From assembly GCA_012522575.1 (NCBI GenBank), contig JAAYKE010000025.1:1-61117 (forward strand): a stretch of 61,117 bases of DNA. The letters run 5' to 3'. The notes under the pieces were generated by a model. The model was not told the origin of the DNA, made no database searches, and saw nothing but the letters and a program-made list of their open reading frames with translations. This document shows positions 57,406 to 61,117 of this stretch, piece after piece. Each line of letters starts with the position of its first letter. Position 1 is the stretch's first letter. The translations under genes and the position numbers were made by a program. Source of the stretch: Armatimonadota bacterium (lineage in GTDB: Bacteria; Armatimonadota; UBA5829).

Positions 57406-59352
57406 CTATGCCATCCCCGGTTCGAGACGCGGATTGGTCTTGCCTTTTGCATCGGCGGATTCGTCCGTTTGCGAAACCGCCTCAGTTTCGGCTGGCAGCG
57501 CATCCTCGGTCGAACCCTCGGCGGCTTGCTGTGTAATCGAGTTGAGCGTTGCGCCTTCCATAAGCGCCTCGAACTCCTCACGCTCCAGAGTTTCTTTTTC
57601 CAGCAGCACCTTGACGATGACGTCCATCTTCTCGCGGTTCTCGCTGAGAATTGACTTCGCGCGTTCGTATGCCTGCTCCATCGTCAGCCGAATCTCCTTG
57701 TCAATGGCCATCGCCATTTCTTCGGAGTAGTTGCGGTCCTCCATCATATCCCTGCCGAGGAACGGGTTCGCGTGGCGTTTGCCTACCGTCAGCGGCCCAA
57801 TCTGGTCGCTCATGCCATACTCACAGACCATAGCACGCACGATTTCCGTTGCACGCTCGAGGTCGTTTGAAGCTCCCGTGCTGATCTCTCCAAAGACCAT
57901 CTCCTCGGCTACTCTGCCGCCGAGCAAGCCCGCGATCTTATCCAGCAGCTCATTTTTCGTAGTCAGATATTTGTCCACCGTGGGCAGTTGCATCGTATAA
58001 CCCAACGCCATCCCGCGCGGAAGAATCGATACTTTATGAACCGGGTCGTCGTTTGGCAGCAGCTCCGCCACTATCGCATGGCCGACCTCATGGTAGGCGA
58101 CCATTTCCTTTTCTTTCTCGCTTATCAGCCGACTCTTGCGCTCCGGGCCGGCTATGACACGGTCGATGGAGTGCTCGAAATCCGCCATGAATATCTTAGT
58201 CTTATCCCAACGCGCCGCAAGCAGAGCGGCTTCGTTTATAAGGTTTGCCAGATCTGCGCCGGAAAACCCCGGAGTGCGACGCGCCAGACTCTCGACATTG
58301 ACATCATCGGCAAGCGGCTTGCCTCGCAGGTGGACATTCAGTATCGCCTCTCTGCCGTGCGCATCCGGGTTATCCACCACCACCCTGCGGTCGAATCGCC
58401 CAGGACGCAGCAGCGCCGGGTCCAATACATCCGGCCTGTTGGTGGCTGCGATGAGGATCACACCTGAATTGGGATCGAAGCCGTCCATCTCGACGAGTAG
58501 CTGGTTTAGCGTCTGCTCCCTCTCGTCGTGTCCGCCACCAAGTCCCGCGCCTCTCTGCCGACCGACGGCGTCTATCTCGTCAATAAAAATCAACGAAGGC
58601 CGATTGGCCTTGGCGGTTTCAAACAGGTCTCTTACTCTCGATGCGCCGACGCCGACGAACATCTCCACAAAATCCGACCCGCTGATGTGGAAGAACGGAA
58701 CTCCCGCCTCCCCTGCGATTGCTCTTGCAAGCAGGGTTTTGCCGGATCCCGGAGGTCCCAACAACAACACGCCTTTGGGTATTTTCGCGCCAAGAGCGAC
58801 GAATTTCTTCGCGTTCTTCAGGAATTCAACTACCTCCTGAAGCTCCTGCTTGGCCTCATCAACTCCGGCTACGTCGTCGAACGTAACTTTGGGCACATTT
58901 TCGTTGAGCCGCTTGGCTCTGCTGCGCCCGAAGCTCATCGCCTGATTGTTGCCTGCCTGCGCCTGACGCATAAACAGCATCCACAACAGCACAATAAAGC
59001 CCAGCGGAAGCAGGGATATCAATGTCGCGACCACCGGGTTGGAAAAAATCGACTTGTCGAACTTATAACTCACATTGTTGGCGTCGAGCTTTTTGAGGAA
59101 TTCGCCGCGGTCGCCCTGTGGCGGCGTGACCGTCTTGTATTGCACGCCTTTTTTATCCTCAAAAGTGAACTCATCGCCGAGAATCTCTCCGCGCACGACT
59201 TCGCCATTGGTGATCATTTTCTGCGCCTTGGAGATGTCAATAGTCGTAGGGCTTTTGCCCATCATGCCAAAAGGCCCGTTTCCCTTAGTGAGAAACAACA
59301 CCACCAAGACTACTAGAGCTACGCCAAATACGCTTCTGAAATAACGACTCAA
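57406..59352 (-). CDS. ftsH: ATP-dependent zinc metalloprotease FtsH
   Basis: Two TM segments, [41 protein letters not shown]; TGGTATAAT upstream (59391-59399, minus strand). Confidence 0.98.
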   Translation of the reverse strand: MSRYFRSVFGVALVVLVVLFLTKGNGPFGMMGKSPTTIDISKAQKMITNGEVVRGEILGDEFTFEDKKGVQYKTVTPPQGDRGEFLKKLDANNVSYKFDKSIFSNPVVATLISLLPLGFIVLLWMLFMRQAQAGNNQAMSFGRSRAKRLNENVPKVTFDDVAGVDEAKQELQEVVEFLKNAKKFVALGAKIPKGVLLLGPPGSGKTLLARAIAGEAGVPFFHISGSDFVEMFVGVGASRVRDLFETAKANRPSLIFIDEIDAVGRQRGAGLGGGHDEREQTLNQLLVEMDGFDPNSGVILIAATNRPDVLDPALLRPGRFDRRVVVDNPDAHGREAILNVHLRGKPLADDVNVESLARRTPGFSGADLANLINEAALLAARWDKTKIFMADFEHSIDRVIAGPERKSRLISEKEKEMVAYHEVGHAIVAELLPNDDPVHKVSILPRGMALGYTMQLPTVDKYLTTKNELLDKIAGLLGGRVAEEMVFGEISTGASNDLERATEIVRAMVCEYGMSDQIGPLTVGKRHANPFLGRDMMEDRNYSEEMAMAIDKEIRLTMEQAYERAKSILSENREKMDVIVKVLLEKETLEREEFEALMEGATLNSITQQAAEGSTEDALPAETEAVSQTDESADAKGKTNPRLEPGMA

Positions 59353-59928
59353 GACAAATCCTCCGACCGCATCACGGCCGTATTTGTTATATTATACCAC
59401 GAGCAGCCACGCCACGGAAGCAGCCAGGCGGCCCTCAGTCTCACAGCGTGAATGCGGCTGCATTATATTATGCCCTTTTGTAGAGTATAGTCCCCAATGA
59501 CTATCTACGCAAAATACACTAAAAAAGTTCTCCTGTGACGGTCGCCGGCCAAGCCGCACGCTCCGGCATTCGTCATTTGATCTGTGATGATTAGTTTGCG
59601 GAAAGCCTGGGTATTAAGTCGACAGAGAAATATATATTTAATAATCAAAAGCCGGAGAGAGCTTACACATATTCTGGCTATTTTGAGATAATGCTGAAGA
59701 TTATGGGACAACGGCTCAGGTTGATATATGCCAGCCTAACAGCGCAAGCGATCTGTAAATACCTCTTTACAGAAAATATAAATAATCTGCGCTCACCTTG
59801 CAGAAGTTTTTGCCTCAAGCCCGCAGATTGCAACGTGCAATCTCGCCACTTTCCAACACCAGCGCCCACAAACATATCAGAGCAATACAACCGTTTGAGC
59901 CACTACAATTGGGAAGGAATCGAAGCAG

Positions 59929-60738
59929 TTGGAAATACAACGATTGGCAGGAACCGTTGCTTCGCCACCTGATGTGGGTGATGATGAGGCGGGTTCATAT
60001 ATTTTGATCGTAACGGTCGATGAAGATGAAATCGGCAGCAATTCTGATGCAGGTTTTCTGCAATCGGTGCAATCGCTGACCGAGCAACACCCTCAGGAGA
60101 TTGTTTTGGATTTAAGCAAAGTAAACTCAATAGACAGCGGCGGACTAAAAACGTTATCGGCGTGCGCCAGGTTGTGCAGTGCTGCCGGAACCAGGCTTCT
60201 GATGGACAAGGCCTCGAAGTGTGTGATGAGAGTGGTTGAATTGAGCGGGCTTGGTCAGTTGTTCGGGCTTGCCGAGGCTCAATCCGCTCAAGTCGTCAGA
60301 AAACGCTACATTGCTCCACACAACCCGGCATGGAAGATCAGTGAGCGGATAGCCTTTACTTCGGCGGCGGTGGTGTCGGAGTTGCGCAATAGGATTATGG
60401 ATGCCGCCGAAGAAGCGGGCGCGACCGGAGAGAAGCTGTGCGATATCAAGATCGCCGTCGGGGAGGCGCTGGCAAACGCCTACCGTCACGGGTCGCCAAT
60501 GGGAGAATCCAACAATATACTGGTAAAATGCCTGGCTTGCTCTCAAGCGTTTGTCGTGGAGATCGAGGACGAGGGCAATGCCTTCGACCCGGATGCGACA
60601 CCGGAACCAAATCCTAATGACCTGCGTGACCACGGAATGGGCATCTATCTGATGCGGCAGGCGATGGATATTGTGGAGTATTCTTTTCACCACCCGGGCA
60701 ATCGCGTTCGGATGGTGAAATGGCTCCAGGATGTCTGA
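59929..60738 (+). CDS. STAS anti-anti-sigma domain fused to an RsbW-like anti-sigma kinase domain
   Basis: LDLSKVNSIDSGGL (phosphorylatable Ser); AVGEALANAYRHG (N box), IEDEG, HGMGIYLM. Confidence 0.88.
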   Translation: MEIQRLAGTVASPPDVGDDEAGSYILIVTVDEDEIGSNSDAGFLQSVQSLTEQHPQEIVLDLSKVNSIDSGGLKTLSACARLCSAAGTRLLMDKASKCVMRVVELSGLGQLFGLAEAQSAQVVRKRYIAPHNPAWKISERIAFTSAAVVSELRNRIMDAAEEAGATGEKLCDIKIAVGEALANAYRHGSPMGESNNILVKCLACSQAFVVEIEDEGNAFDPDATPEPNPNDLRDHGMGIYLMRQAMDIVEYSFHHPGNRVRMVKWLQDV

Positions 60739-60744
60739 GCGCCG

Positions 60745-61117
60745 TCAATGATCCGGGTTGCCGTCGTCGATTCCGGCGTTGATATCCGCCGGCAGGTATG
60801 AATACAACTCCGCGTTCTTTATGTAGAATTTGATCTTCTTATCCTTATCGATCAACTGCCGGGCAAACGCCTCCGTTTTCCATTTGAGGGTGGCGCGAAC
60901 GGAATCTCCCGTAAACGCTACGCAATCCGATCTTGTAAAACCGGGGATTGGGTTGTTGTTGCGGTCGACAATCTCGGCTGCGACGTATCCCCACTGGCGG
61001 CATCTGGCATTGATAGTAACCTGAGGCGTATTGAAAACCTCCCTGCGACTGATCAGCCAGCCCTCTTTTGGCCCGGCACACATAGAGCAAAACCCATCCA
61101 TGCGCAGGGTTGCAAGA
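60745..61117 (-). CDS. C-terminal part of a glycoside hydrolase-like protein (runs off the window)
   Basis: Open frame from the window edge: LATLRMDGFCS...PIPGFTRSDC...GDSV...AELYSY. Confidence 0.65.
   Translation of the reverse strand, partial: LATLRMDGFCSMCAGPKEGWLISRREVFNTPQVTINARCRQWGYVAAEIVDRNNNPIPGFTRSDCVAFTGDSVRATLKWKTEAFARQLIDKDKKIKFYIKNAELYSYLPADINAGIDDGNPDH

Overview
A 61 kb bacterial chromosomal window, mostly housekeeping and carbohydrate/cell-envelope genes. Gene content and style suggest Armatimonadota or a related diderm Terrabacteria lineage (inference). It holds an scpA-scpB-dac-rluB-btuF operon, a fused E1 alpha/beta dehydrogenase, an Ig+LptD-like outer-membrane protein, uvrB broken by one in-frame TAA, glnS, lemA/DUF2207, ndk, two large tandem GHL10 paralogues with reshuffled modules, a heparinase II/III protein, bfr, tRNA-Gln(CTG) followed by a small defence-like island (HARE-HTH nuclease, XRE-ImmA + PIN pair), melA, ftsH and a STAS-RsbW fusion. 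Two observations stand out. (1) An operon for a circularly permuted ATP-grasp ligase, a lysine 2,3-aminomutase and a glutaredoxin shares a SigB/SigF-like promoter with bfr, suggesting an undescribed stress-linked beta-lysine ligation pathway. (2) Five copies of a modular intergenic repeat element (imperfect 22-bp termini, two variable heptamer arrays, a REP-like hairpin) all have their core in the same orientation. An IS1202/ISNCY-like end lies at the left edge. All calls come from reading the sequence and ORF track by eye; no searches were run.
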